Source of the DNA: Octopus sinensis
Lineage: Eukaryota
Direction of reading: 5' to 3'
Assembly: GCF_006345805.1 (NCBI RefSeq)
Contig: NC_042998.1
Location: 42,904,001 to 42,968,000, forward strand
DNA length: 64,000 nt
Shown: positions 11,781 through 24,788 of the stretch, one piece after another
Numbering within the stretch: the first letter of the stretch is position 1
Layout of the letters: each line of letters begins with the position of its first letter
Made by a program: the position numbers and the translations under genes
The notes under the pieces: model-generated
The model's input: only the letters and a program-made list of their open reading frames with translations
Told to the model about the DNA's origin: nothing
The model's database searches: none

Positions 11781-14439
11781 TCTTTTTAAAGCAGCAAGCT
11801 GACAGAATTGTTAGTCCATTGGACAAAATGCTTGGTGGCATTTCTCCCATCTTATTTCATTCTGAGTTTGAATCCCTACTTTTGAGGATGATAGGGACTG
11901 TTTTCATTGATTTACTCCACCTCCCCCTCAAAGATTGTTGGTCACGTGCCAAAATTAGGAAGAATTATTTTTAACTGACTACTCCAAGAGCTTGAGGAAA
12001 TTATTAAAATACAAAAGAAGTATCACAGAATCTGTAAACTACCACTTTCTTTAGCAATTGTTCTAGCAACAATATGCATATTATCAAAAAACAATATGCG
12101 TTTTTAAGTGTGTTGTTCAAATAAATGATATCCACTCTTCAGAATTGGTTGCAAGTATTTTGTCCTAAAACAATTTGATTATCCTGAAATAGAAATACAC
12201 TATATAGATTTTGAATAGCTTTAGTGAAATTTTCATCAAATTAGAACACTGATGTCATTTAAATACTTTACCGCATACAGAATCAATCTCTTACAAGAAT
12301 AGAAATAGTGTCATATGACAATATGAACTTAAATAAAATAGCTACAGTAAAATCAATATTTCCTCAGAAGCAGCAACAAGAAGTAGGAAACAATATTTTT
12401 GGTGATAAACAAGGCTATGATGTTTATGGTACATTCATCTCTAACTATCCCTCGCCTGGAAATATTTTTAATGAAAATTATAACTAAAACATAAAATAGA
12501 AAGGCAATATTTAGCAGATTTAATTAGCATTATCTCAGTACAATATTTGATAATTTGGGGTTGGATATATTTTGCTCAGTATCAGACAATATTTAATCTG
12601 TAGTTCTCTAAGGCCGACTTTATCTTTCATCCTTTCAGGGTTGATAAAATAAGTACCAGTTAAGCCCTGGGGTTGATGTAACGGACTTAGACCCAATGCC
12701 AAAATTGCCGGCCTTGTGTCAAAATTTGAAGGTAGCTATTTAATCTGTAGTCAAGATTAAACCAGAAGTAGAATGAAAAAGAAGAAGCAGTGAATACTTT
12801 AGACTGAAAATAAATAAAGTGAAATGGGTGGTTGCTCGAGAAATTTATTAAAACTTATCTTGCATGAAAGATAAGACTGGGACAAATTGTGGATTTATTC
12901 TTAACTGAATGGATGATAGAGACACGTAAAAAAAAAAAAAAATAAAAATAAACACCTACGCTTCTCGGTTTCAGTCTGTTAGAATTCTAGAACTGAATTC
13001 CTCAGTAATAAATTATTTCCTCTAATCAAATGCAGATTTCTCTTTTTTGTCACATAACAACACAATTTAATAAGGGGGCTGTAACTAATTTGAAATGATG
13101 GCAGTACGACTAAATAAATGTTGAGAGATCAGGCAATCAAGGGGAAATAATTCATGGATAACTATATTCGAAATTTTAAAAACTTACACAATTTGTTGTT
13201 TCATTGATTTCATACATTGGATTGTAGCCACACTGGAGCCTTCTAGGAGTTACACAGTTATTGATTCCAATGTTTATTTTATCTAGTTTTTTATTTTAAC
13301 TTTTTCACTGTCAGAACAATGAAATAGAGCTAGTAGACCTCTATAGAGTTTGAACTCAGGGATTCAACTAAATAATTGATTCTGCTACCCAATTATCTTT
13401 TATGTTTAAAAAATAAAACATTTATCTAATTTTAATAAAGCTTCAGTAACTATCTTAAAGAAATCTCATCTATTTTTTTGTGGGGTGGGGGACTGTTTGT
13501 TGACTGGGATCGTGTTGGAATTTCAATACAATCAAAAACAAAGCATATAGTTTTCATCTGAAATACGTGTTAAGTAGCATCCGTTTATTAATTTTTTTTT
13601 TCATACGTATAAAGAAAAATTCTGTGACCTGAATAATTTAATTTTAAAGGATTTTTCAAATTGGGACCAAAACATTATAGAATGGAAATTTTGAAAATAG
13701 TCACGAATTTGGAAGGATTAGTAAACTTCATTGGTGTTCTCCATACCAATAAACATTTGTTGGGACAGTAAATCTTAGTATGAAACATAACGTAATAGAA
13801 AGGTTTTTGGTTCACATTATAATGGAGAGCTAAATTTAACTCTTGAAACAGTTTCCTATGAAAGAACCAGCGTTGGTCTCAAGTGAGTTTGTATCAAAAT
13901 ATCTTATTTAGAGAAAATATTGACTTTAATTCTGTTTTTCTTACGATCTTTTTCTTGTTTCAGTCATTTTCAGTGGTCATGCTGGGGTACCGCCTTGAAT
14001 GGTTTTAATCAAACAAATCAACTCCAGGACTTATTGTTTTAAGCCTAGTACTTATTCTATCAGTCTCTTTTGCTGAACTACTTAGTTACGGAGATGTTAA
14101 CACACCAGTACCGGTTGTCAAGCAGTGATGGGGGACAACACAGACACAAAAATACACACACATAGGTGTATACATACGATGGGCTTCTTTGTCTATCAAA
14201 TCTATTCACAAGTTTTTGGTCAGCCTGAGGTAAAAATCGCAAGTTAAACCAATATATTTTCAAAATCTTTCTTTGTAAATTATTTTCCTCATAAAATAGT
14301 ATCATAATCACATTTCTACTTAGAAATATATTGCAGTGTGTCATGGCAAACATTTCATACTTCCAGCAGATAATGTGGTGAATAGGTTGATCCAAAGAAC
14401 AGTGAAGAATATGCACTGATAAAGTTCATTCTTACTGAT

Positions 14440-15500
14440 GGTATCTATGTTCCAATCAAAGTGAGTAGCAGTAATTCTGGGACCCAAGATGCCAGAAATT
14501 TCTACTGGTATAGGTCTAAAAAGAAGAAAGTGACTAATATCTTGTCAGCTTGCAGTTCTCCACCTGTCAGGTCAGATGCTCTTTTCACCTGGTTGCCACT
14601 GGACAACATATCACTGCTGGTCACATTTCAGATTTAAGACTTTCCACCTTGGAATGGAAAGACTGGGTTGCTATTTGTTTATCACCACTGTATAACTTCA
14701 TCAGCTTTAGTTGCAATGGAAAATTGGTTGCATCCAAACCATATCTGACAATATCAGTGAGAGCAGTATGTTGAGAAAAATGGTTGATGGTGAGACAGCA
14801 TGACAATGGGTGGAGTCTGAAGACGTCTACTGTAGACCTGCAATAATTTTAGTATTGTTGACAGATGTGAAGTCCAAGCCTCAGTGAAATATCAATTTAG
14901 AGACAGTGATTATCCAGTTAGGAGCCATACTACCTTGTGGGTATAGCATTCAGCCATGTACTACTCTGAGAAATGGAGCTGAAGAAAGATGTCAGCCAAT
15001 CCACATCATCATTGGATGACTTCCCATTTATTCTGAATTGATGGGAAATCTGCAGGATCAAAATCAAGTCATGTCCAGATCACATTGGCCATTTCATATG
15101 TCTTGATTCCAGCAGATTTTGTGGGATTGTGGAAAATATCATTGACAAGGACACAAGAAGCAGTGCTAATTTGACAGATGGTCAAGGTCACTGTATTTGA
15201 TTGGAAGAGTGACTTGATGCCATCTAATGTCATCTCCTCCCTACCATGCCAGATAGTTTCCTAATTATATGAAGCAAGATATCTGGTTGTAGCTCAGGGC
15301 TCTATAAAAAATGTACAACAGTTTTGGCATGGAAAAGCTTTCTGCTAGAAGAAGAAAGCTAGATCGATGTCATTCAAATGCAGTTTCCTTAAGCTTTTCA
15401 AGCTGGTGGAGTCTGGATTCAAAGGTTGTTTGGACAGCAGAAAGAGATTGGTGAACCAAGGATAAGGACACCATCTTTCAAGTTTGACTGCATCTGGTGA
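14440..15500 (-). mobile_element. Decayed CRE-clade-like LINE C-terminal half
   Basis: Minus-strand fragments SFSMPKLLYIF, DDIRWHQVTLPIKY and HPLSCCLTINHFSQHTALTDIVRYGL resemble the CRE patterns F..PKLLY.LR, W.QA.LP...GG and H.LSC....RH..LN. Many stops and frameshifts. Confidence 0.55.
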
Positions 15501-15540
15501 AATGTTGTCATAATTGACATTTATGGCCTCAAATTTGATT

Positions 15541-15646
15541 GAAACTACTCAATATTTAGGTCCATAATATTGAGGCAGAAACTGCTCAATATTTAAGTCC
15601 ATAATATTGAGGTAGAAACTATTTAATATTTAGGTCCATAATGTTG
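15541..15646. repeat. 37-bp minisatellite, about 2.9 copies
   Basis: Unit GAAACTACTCAATATTTAGGTCCATAATATTGAGGCA at 15541, 15578 and 15615. Confidence 0.9.
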
Positions 15647-15869
15647 TGTTATCGTCTAAATACCATACATGAGCAACACTAAATTGGCAGAGCGACATTA
15701 GTATCAGATAGGATGTCTTGTAGTTTTTGGTCATGATCTTTGCACCCTGAATTCAAATCCTGCAGAAGTTAATTTTGTTCTTCAGCCTTTCCAAAATGAT
15801 AAACACTAATCAGTCAACTATTAGATTATTCAAGGATCAATAAACACACTGTGTAGTACCAAATGTCAA

Positions 15870-16375
15870 TAATAATAATAATAATAATAATACTTTCTAC
15901 TATAGGCACAAGGCCTGAAATTTAGGGGAAGGGGCAAGTCGATTACATGAACTCCAGTGCGTAACTGGTACTTATTTAATTGCCCCCCAAAAAGACAAAA
16001 GGAAAAGTTGACCTTGGCAGAATTTTAACTCAGAAAGTAAAGACAGACAAAATGCCACTAAGCATTTTACCAAGCGTGCTAGCAATTCTGCCAGCTCGGC
16101 ACAAGGCCAGCTATTTCAAGGAAGAGGGCTAGTTGATTACATCAACCCCAGTGTTCGACTGGTACTTATTTTATTGATCCTGAAAGGATGGAAGACAAAC
16201 TCGGCCTCAGCTGAATTTAATAACAACAACAATAATAATGGTTTCAAATATTGGCACAAAGTCAGCAATTTGGCAGGAGGGGGTAAAGTCGATTATATCG
16301 ACCCCAGAGCTCAACTGGTACTTATTTTATAAACCCTGAAAAGATGAAAGTTGACCTTGGTGGAATTTAATAATT
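15870..16375 (-). mobile_element. Tandem cluster of about 3 SINE family 2 copies
   Basis: Repeated ggcacaaggcc...gtcgattacat...actggtacttattt...gaaaggatgaaaggc blocks separated by (AAT)n. Similar clusters at 17375-17740 and 23500-23925. Confidence 0.8.
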
Positions 16376-16391
16376 ATAATAATAATGATGA

Positions 16392-16940
16392 TGATGATAA
16401 GGCTCTTGTGGCTTTTGATCTTAACTGATTGAAAGTGTTATGTACATTGTTTTGTCTTGGTATAAAAGATGGGCTACAGCAAATATTCTGCTCAATACCA
16501 CAGATTTGCTTGTCAGTTGTTTGACCTTAACCAGTTGAGCATGTCCCTTAGTGGCTGACGATATAAGCATCTCTGATCACGAGCAGAAGTAGTGGGGGAG
16601 CATCATAGCCATGTGTTGAGAGGGATTCGTTGGGGTTTGAATAATTTACCTCTTGAAACATGGGTGTTTCGTTCAACATCCTTAAACAACCCTTATTCAG
16701 GGACGTTTGAGCGGGTTGGGTTACTCAACAGAAGAAAATTCTAACTGGGCCCCACCTGCAAGGTCCTGTGCTATTTATCTTGATATGAGATCACCATATT
16801 GCACACATATGGTTGTGATGCATATGCCTAGTGTACCCTTATCAGACAGGTAGTCATGATGGGTATACTGGGCTTCATATATTTTACCCTAGTGTCACTT
16901 TGATGGCATGCACTGCTCTCTCACTCAATAATAATAATAA
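16392..16940 (+). mobile_element. Probable retroposon of about 550 bp ending in (AAT)n
   Basis: GC-richer block bounded by (AAT/GAT)n and ending ctgctctctcactc(AAT)4. Single copy here and no ORF, so the family is unassigned. Confidence 0.35.
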
Positions 16941-18267
16941 TAGCTTCAAATTTTGGCACAAAGCCAGCAGTTTTATGGGTGGAGTAAACTCAAGAACGGA
17001 GTAATAAACAAGTTCTTTTACTTAAAGTGTCACAGTGGGGTTCATGATAGCATTGTGGTTAATGAAAAGTTAAGGTATTTGATATGGAAATTATATGATG
17101 CATGAGTATTTTTCGTTTTAGTGTTAGTGAAACGAGCAGAAAATCCAGAAGTCTTACTTGACTTAGAGAAACCTGAGTTGTTTCCCATCTTGAATATCGG
17201 TAGTGGTGCATATGTGTGTGTGAGAGAGAGAGAGATCTTAGTCTCTGCAGAGTACAATACAGTGAAACAGTGAGTGTATTTTTGCCTTAGACTTCAACAA
17301 TGAAGTCTAATTGTTATAGCCAGATCTCATAATGACTAGAAAGACGACGTTATTTTAGCGAGTTAATATTCTTTTCTACTCTAGGCACAAAGCCCCAATT
17401 TTTTTTTTTTTTTTTTTTGGGGAGTTGATTAGATCAACCCCAGTATGCAAATGGTACTTAATTTTTTGACCCCGAAAGGATGAAAGGCGGAATTTGAACT
17501 CAGAACATAAAGACAAACGAAATACCTATTTCTTTACTACCCACAAGGGGCTAAACACAGAGGGGACAAACAAGGACAGACAAACGGATTAAGTCGATTA
17601 CATCGACCTCAGTGCATAACTGGTACTTATTTAATTGACCCCAAAAGGATGAAAGGCAAAGTCGACCTCGGTGGAATTTGAACTCAGAATGTAGTGGCAG
17701 ACGAAATACTGCTAAGCATTTCGCCCGTTGTGCTACCAGCTCGCCACCTTTTTAGTGAGTTCATATTGAGTGATATAGCAGCATCAAAGAATCACAGAAA
17801 AAAATACATAGGAACACTTGCTATACAAAAATCAGAGTTGTCAGTGTACAACCAGCGATCAGTCTCACTCCTCAATGTCTTGTTTTATTTATTTCACACA
17901 AAAAACAAAACACATGCAACATTTGATTATCTATTATTATTGTTTTTTCCTTTAATTTTCAAATAGAACAAGAATTTAAGAAAATAAATTTAAACCTTTT
18001 TATTTCTATATATCAAAATAAAATTTCAGAAACATAAATCTTGTAGCTAGAAAGTAAAATATATCTTCATATAAAATGTCAAAAAAAAAAGAAAAAACAG
18101 AAAACAGTTCAGAAAAAATTACATAAATAGAATCCCAACCCACAACAACAACAGCAGCCACCAGGCCACTCTGAACACACCAGAAATAAATTTAAAATGT
18201 AGGCATTGCAGGGTTTCAGTTATGAGCTACTTATGGGTCGAGGAGTTAAGCTCAGTATATTATTAAA

Positions 18268-18488
18268 CCCTTTAGCATTCAAATCACTCTGTCAAATGTA
18301 ATGTTCAGTTATTAATATTGTTTTGAATTAATCATGCATTATCTTGTAGCTTTGAGATTTCAGTGATGTGATAGTTTATTTTTAGAATGACATTGTAGGG
18401 TAGGTGTGCATGGATCAGATCTGACTGGTTTGAATATGAAGTAGGAAGAATATTTTGGCTGAATGTGGCTGGCTTAAATGCTTATGGG
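18268..18488. mobile_element. piggyBac-like MITE (CCCTTTAGCATT...AATGCTAAAGGG, TTAA target)
   Basis: TTAA flanks at 18263-66 and 18489-92. Homologous copies at 38231-38426 and 51005-51225. Confidence 0.8.
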
Positions 18489-19064
18489 TTAATAAGCTTC
18501 ATTAATAGTATTTCATTGAGTATTTCTATTAGATTAGTCATAAAATAACTAGTAGTAAACTTCATGTCATTCATTCTACTATATTGTCAGTGCATTGGTG
18601 AGTCTATCTATTGGAAAATTACTATACTTTGTGTATAGTATTCAAACCAAATAAACTTAGTGGAGCCTAGATTATGCCCACAATACCCACAAAAGATGAA
18701 CAAAGTACTTGAAGCTATCAAACAATTATAAAAGATACAGTGTTGTAAATATTGACTGTATTGAGCTTTTCCTACAGCATACTACATAGTATCTTAACCA
18801 CATAAGTTGAACTAAGTACTTCAAGCTATCAGACAGTGTTGTAAATGTCTACAGTAAGGAGCTGCTTTTACAGTATACATATATACAGCTCAGTAACTAC
18901 TTATAGGGCTTTTTATGAAAACAGTATTGTTACACTCAATGAATTAAATTTTGTAGAGGTATGAAACTTTTAATATCCGCTTTGTTGCAAACCTCACCTG
19001 TTTCAAGTAAGGAAATATTTCTTCATGGTAACACATGCAAAAAAACAAACACACACACACACAC

Positions 19065-19702
19065 AGAGGAGTAAATACAAGGATAAGCAAGCTAGGCAAG
19101 TCAATATACAAAAAATATTAAATATTGGGTTGGTGCATAATTAAGCAGCTTTTTTCAACAAATTTTATTCAACAAAACCAATAACATGTAACAAAAACAT
19201 CTTTAAATTATTATTCCGGAGTACATTCACCATCTACTTCAATTACTGCTTCCCATTTGCTTGGCAGACGGTCAAACCATCATTTAAAGATGTTTTTGTT
19301 AAATATTGTTATTGTTTTTGTTGAATAAAATTTGTTGAAAAAAAGCCGCAATAATTATATACCAATCCAATACATTTAACACAATAAATGTACCTATGTT
19401 TACATATAAAAAGGTCTAACATACACAGAATAGATATGATATCAGGAATTAAAGGGGTTGAATATGGGTTTTATGAGTCTAACAGCTATTTCTGGGGGCT
19501 TGGTCATTATTTCAGACAACCAAACCCCCAGAAGCAACTGTTGGACTCATAAAACTGTTGGATTCAATCGCTTTAATTCCTGATATCATTTCTATTCTGT
19601 GTAAGTTGGACCTTTTTATATGTAAACATGACATTTTTTGTATTAAATGTATTTAATATTTTTTTTGTATATTGACTTGCTTATTCTTACATTTACTCCT
19701 CT
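19065..19702. repeat. Foldback (long inverted repeat) element
   Basis: After removing the MITE, 19065-19504 is the reverse complement of 19519-19702 (arms about 185 bp, loop about 14 nt). Confidence 0.85.
19125..19370. mobile_element. Palindromic mariner-derived MITE inserted at TA within a foldback element
   Basis: Inverted arms of about 90 bp starting ttgggttggtgcataa. The centre, on the minus strand, encodes DRLPSKWEAVIEVDGECTPE* (mariner C-terminus). TA duplicated at 19123-24 and 19371-72. Confidence 0.85.
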
Positions 19703-21699
19703 AACTGCTCAAGTTTAAATCTGTTGAGTACTATAAAGTGTATTCTATACAGAGTATATCTATCTCTCATCTATAAACTATATATATATATATATTTCGT
19801 TTTGGGATTTGGTTTGCAAGATTCTTTATACGAGTTCGTATGTTGAAGCATATTCTGTTGTGTCTGGAGAGAGTCGTTTTCTTTTTGTGCCTTATAATGT
19901 AACACACTCACCGAAAAAATTTTAGTTAATACTGTGTAAAACTTTAGGGAAAATGACTGTTACTATAGCCCTGGGTCAACTAAAGCCTTGTGTAGGATTA
20001 GGTAGACGGAAATTGAAAGAAGCACATCATGTGTGCACATGTGTGTGTGTGTGTGTGTGTTATTGTCACCATTCCTTAACATTGTTTGTTCCTTCTCAAG
20101 CCATGCTTGGCTCATAACAGGCCGGTTTCCCGGTTTCATTGGCGTATAGATTCCCCACCTGGATGGGACGCCGGTCCATCGCAGGTGAGCTACTAGATGC
20201 AGGAGGAAAGAGTGAGAGAATGTTGTAGCAAAAGAGTCAGCAGAAGTTCGCCATTACCATCTGCTGGAGCCGTGTGGAGCTTAGGTGTTTTGCTCATAAA
20301 CAAACACATCGCCTGGTCTGAGATTCAAACCCACGATCCTTGGACCGCGATTCCACTGCTCTAACCTCTAGGTCATGTGCCTCTACGTTCCTTAACATTG
20401 TGTGATAGTTGTAAATGGGTATCACCATCATGCAAGTGATGTCCTGTGAAAATATTTCTGGTTATGAGGAAATATTACCTTACTGAGAAACAGGAAAGGG
20501 TTAGCAACAAGAAGGGCATTTGGCCATAGAAAATTTCATAGACACTTTTCCAGTTGAAATAAGAGGTAGTTTTGGAGCAGCTCAAACTGTGAGAGTACAA
20601 CCAGATGTTTTCACTGGGTATTTCAGCAATTGTAAAATTTCATTTGTTTAATTGCATGCATATCTAAGACTTCTTAATTCTATGTTCCTAGAATTTACAG
20701 AATTGCATTTCTATAGTAGAAAAAATTTACTCCTACTTCAGAAACATCTTCTAAAATATGTCAGCTAAATGTTTTAAGGAAATGTTACAGTCATCTCACT
20801 ATGTGAGTTAAAGAGCAGCAGAGGGGTGATGCCCATAAACTTGGCATTTTCTCTCTCTCTCTCTCTCATACACACACAAACATGCACAATACATACACAG
20901 AAACACACACATACTCTTTCTGCCCCACATCTCTCTCTCTCACACACACACACATAAACACAAACGTTGAGATGTGATGGGTTTGAGTGGATATGATATC
21001 ACTTTGCTTGTGCTGATGAGTTGTAAACAAATAAACTGGAAAAAGACATGTAATTTTAAATATATTAACATTGAAGAACAACTATTTTAGTCATATACAA
21101 CTCACACACATGCACACACACACACACACACCCTACCTACCTAAGTGTAATAGTAAAATAAGAAACACTGAAATGCAAAAGCAACCAGTGAAGAGCATAC
21201 TCTTGGTGTATGCATTCAGGGTCATATCTATGGAGGACTGCTGACATGCATAGCAACCAAATCAATAACATTACAGTGAAAAAGAGAAATAAAACCAATA
21301 TGCTTAGACAACTGCATTCACAAACCTAGATATCTGGAAATCTCTTCATGAAAAGTTTCTCAAGCATCCTTCCACCACAAAATAAGTGACAAACTGATAA
21401 ATTACAGTGAATTGAATGATGAGATCTAAATCTAATTTTTTAGAGAGAGCTTTGAAACATTAATAAAGTCAAGAAATAATGAATTAAAATTTCTGAGTGC
21501 AGTTGATCTCACCTGCACATACACATCTTACTATGCTGGGTGTTATGTCCATCTGTCCCTTTTCACACTCAGACAGCTGGACCAATGGTCACAATGTTTT
21601 TCGACATTATGAAAGAGGTAATCAAGAAGTGTTTTAGTGAAAAAAAAAAAAATGTGTGAAAGTATGATTATTTAGTGGATATTGAGTTTTGGGTAAATT

Positions 21700-22265
21700 T
21701 TTATCCTTTCACCCGCACAAAATCAGATTTTTTGCATGGAATGAATCATGTACCCTGACCTCCTAATATGCTGTAAATCCCTTATTTTTGTTTGGAAAAG
21801 AAAGTGGGGGACCCGGACCCCCCCCCCATATCCTGGAATCATAGGAATTTTTTTTCTTTTTTATTAAATGAATTCCAGTAACCTCCTTTTATGCTACAAA
21901 ACCCTTTTTTGGGTCTGGAAAATGGGGTGGGGTGAGGTGGAAGCCTCAGAAATTTCATACTCACCCCCATTAATCTTTTCACCCGTGCGATTTTTACTAA
22001 GAAAAAAAAAAACTCGGATTTTTCGTGTGAATCAAGTACCCTGACCTCCTAATATAATGCGCACCCCCTTTTTTTGTTGGGAAAAAAGTGTTTGTGTGTG
22101 TGTGTGTGGGTAAACCGGACCCCCTTCATATCCTGGAATCATTGCGAATTTTTTTTTTTATCATTGAATGAATTTTGGTGATCTGATATGCTACAAAACT
22201 CTTTTTGGGGTCCAGAAAACAGTGGAGTGGGGTGGAATCCTTGGAAATTTCATCCCCACCCCAAT
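21700..22265. repeat. Two diverged tandem units of about 280 bp, probably internal repeats of a transposon
   Basis: gtaccctgacctcctaata, ccggacccc...atatcctggaatcat and atgctacaaaac each occur twice, about 290 bp apart. Confidence 0.7.
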
Positions 22266-22699
22266 TTTCAAATATTTTTTGCTATTTCTTTCTTTACCTA
22301 TAATTTTAGGTAACATTTTGCAGAAATACATTTTCAAGAGAATGTGGATTACATTAGATTGAAAATTCAAAGAAGTTTGAAATGAATAAGTGAAAATGCA
22401 GAGGTTATAGAAGTTAGTGGTAACGAAGTGTGTGGAGAGATAGCGAATGATAAATTCACAAAAAAAAAAACGTTAAAGTTTTTTCATGTATGTGTGAAAT
22501 GAAGTAATAGTATAATATTAAAACTAAAATATCTTTTTTGTACCTCTTAAAATCACTGGATATAATATATATAATAATCCCAGATTGCAAAATAAATTTG
22601 AAAAAACTAAAGCATTTTCCCTTTGCAATTTTTGGCACTGAAATGAACATCCAGACATTATTCACATAGATCAGTGAGAGATAATTCTTAGTTCAATTT

Positions 22700-22886
22700 T
22701 TTGCAACCCTAAAGATTCTGCTCATGCATTCACAGCAAACAAGGCACAGGGCCAGACTTTAGATTGTGAAGGTGTATTTTTACCCAAGGCCAGTTATACA
22801 TTGCTATGAGTAGAGCAATGGACTCCAGTTATTTGAAAATTAATGTCGCCCAAACAGAAAATATTGTCTACAAAGAAGTTTTGTAA
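22700..22886 (+). mobile_element. Helitron RepHel (PIF1-type helicase) C-terminal remnant
   Basis: Manual translation AFTANKAQGQTLDCEGVFLP, then after a frameshift GQLYIAMSRA...TENIVYKEVL* (helicase motifs V/VI and the typical Helitron C-terminus). Confidence 0.75.
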
Positions 22887-24788
22887 TCATATTGATATTA
22901 TTGAAAGGAATATGGTTCATAATTTAAATAAGGAAATTTGTGAACCTTGAATGTATAAGAGTATAAACAAGTGTAAAATAGTGTAAACAACTAAAATAAA
23001 AGTATATCTAAATAACATCTTTTTCTTAATACTTTTTGTGTAGTGGTTGAAGGAAGCTCTGGCTTTTGTTAGGAGTGGTCCACATAACCATTCATGATAC
23101 AGAGGCTTGGAGCCTATTTCAGTTCAGGAGTGAATAATCATTACATGTCACTTAGTCGCAAACACATGTCATATAGCTGCAATAGAATGCTGTATCACCA
23201 ACAATAGTGTGATTTCTTTAAGACCCCCACCTAGTAATCTATCAAGTCCATTTACACATTTCTCAATAATACTGCTGTTATGACTTCCCTCCCTCATTTT
23301 ATGCCTCCATCGTAGATGGGTAGATTTGCAAGTTGAAACAAAGGTCAAATTAATTTATGAAATCAAAAGTGTCAGGATTGTATTTAAATGTCCGGTGTTG
23401 AAAGACAAATTTCTTCATTCCAATGGTAGGCTCTTTATGATATGGGAGTACAATAATTCTAATACTGTTAATTCTAGACCAATGTGAAGAATGTCAAAAT
23501 AATTATTTCAAATTTTGGAACAAGGCCAGGTATGTTGATTACATCGACCCCAGTGTTTTACTGGTACTTATTTCATCGACCCAAAAAGGATTGAAGGCAG
23601 AGTTGACCTCAGTGGAATTTGAACTCAGAATGTGAATAGAGATGAAATACCCCTAAACATTTTGCCTGGTGTGCTAATGATCCTACCAGTTCACTGTATT
23701 AAACAATGATTTCAAATTTTGGCACAAGGCTAGCAGTTTTTGAGGGAGAAGCAAAATTAATGACATTGACCCCAGTCCTCAGCTGGTACTGTTTAATTGA
23801 CCCTGAAGGGATAAAAAGCAAAATTGACCTTGGTGGAATTTGAACTCAGAACATGAAAATGGATAAAAAGCCACTAAGCATTTCACCCTGTGTGCAAATA
23901 ATTCTGCTAGCTCACCACCTTAACTGATTAAATAATATTAACCTAAACTATACACTTTGTAAAGTGGTTAGCATTAGGGAGGGCATCCAGTCACAGAAAT
24001 CATGCCAAAGCAGATATTGGAGCTTGATTCAGTCCTCTGGCTTGCCAGCTCCTGTCGAACTATCTAACCCATGCCAGCATGAAAAACAGATGTTAAACAA
24101 TGATGATGATAAAGATAATGATAATGTCATTCACACTCAGAGAAAAAAATTATGCATATATTTGTCTGTCAGTATGTATATTATTCCAGAAAGAAGCTAT
24201 ATCCAGCCACTCAGAATAAAGTACTCAACGATAAGTCTGAACATGAATAAAAAATATTTAATCCACTTTCAGTTGTCTGACAAAATATGTGTTTATATAT
24301 GATTTTCATTGTGTACCATATTTTTCCCCTTCTTTCCTTTTTGCCATATAATATAACTTTTGTTCCTTAGTTCCCAATGAGCTATAGGCAAAACAGAATG
24401 TATATTTTGTCAGACAATTAAATGCCAGAGAATTAAATGCATACACACACATAACAAAAAAGTATCAATGGCCCTTTCTGAGCCAAAGCTAGTTTCCGGA
24501 ATCCTGTTGTATATATATATTACTCCCTGGACAGGATACTGGTCTGTTGCAGGGTTATTTATTTTTGCTGAGTGAACTGGAGAAACATGAAATGAATTAT
24601 TTTTACTCAAGAACACAACACATCATCTGGTCCAGGAATCAAAACCACAATCTTACAATCATGGGTGCAACATCATAACCACTAAGCCACATGTACACAC
24701 ACACACACGCACGCATGAATGTAGGTATGTATCAATGTGTGTGTGTATGTATATATATATATAGTAACAGAAAAAGTGGTGAGTTGTA

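Noticed and set aside
15541-15646. 37-bp palindromic repeat resembling a CRISPR repeat
   Set aside because: Units are contiguous with no unique spacers, there are no cas genes, and the context is eukaryotic.
18700-18880. Imperfect direct repeat of about 105 bp (aagtactt.aagctatca...acagtgttgtaaat)
   Set aside because: Two short diverged copies with no other structure; likely a local slippage duplication.
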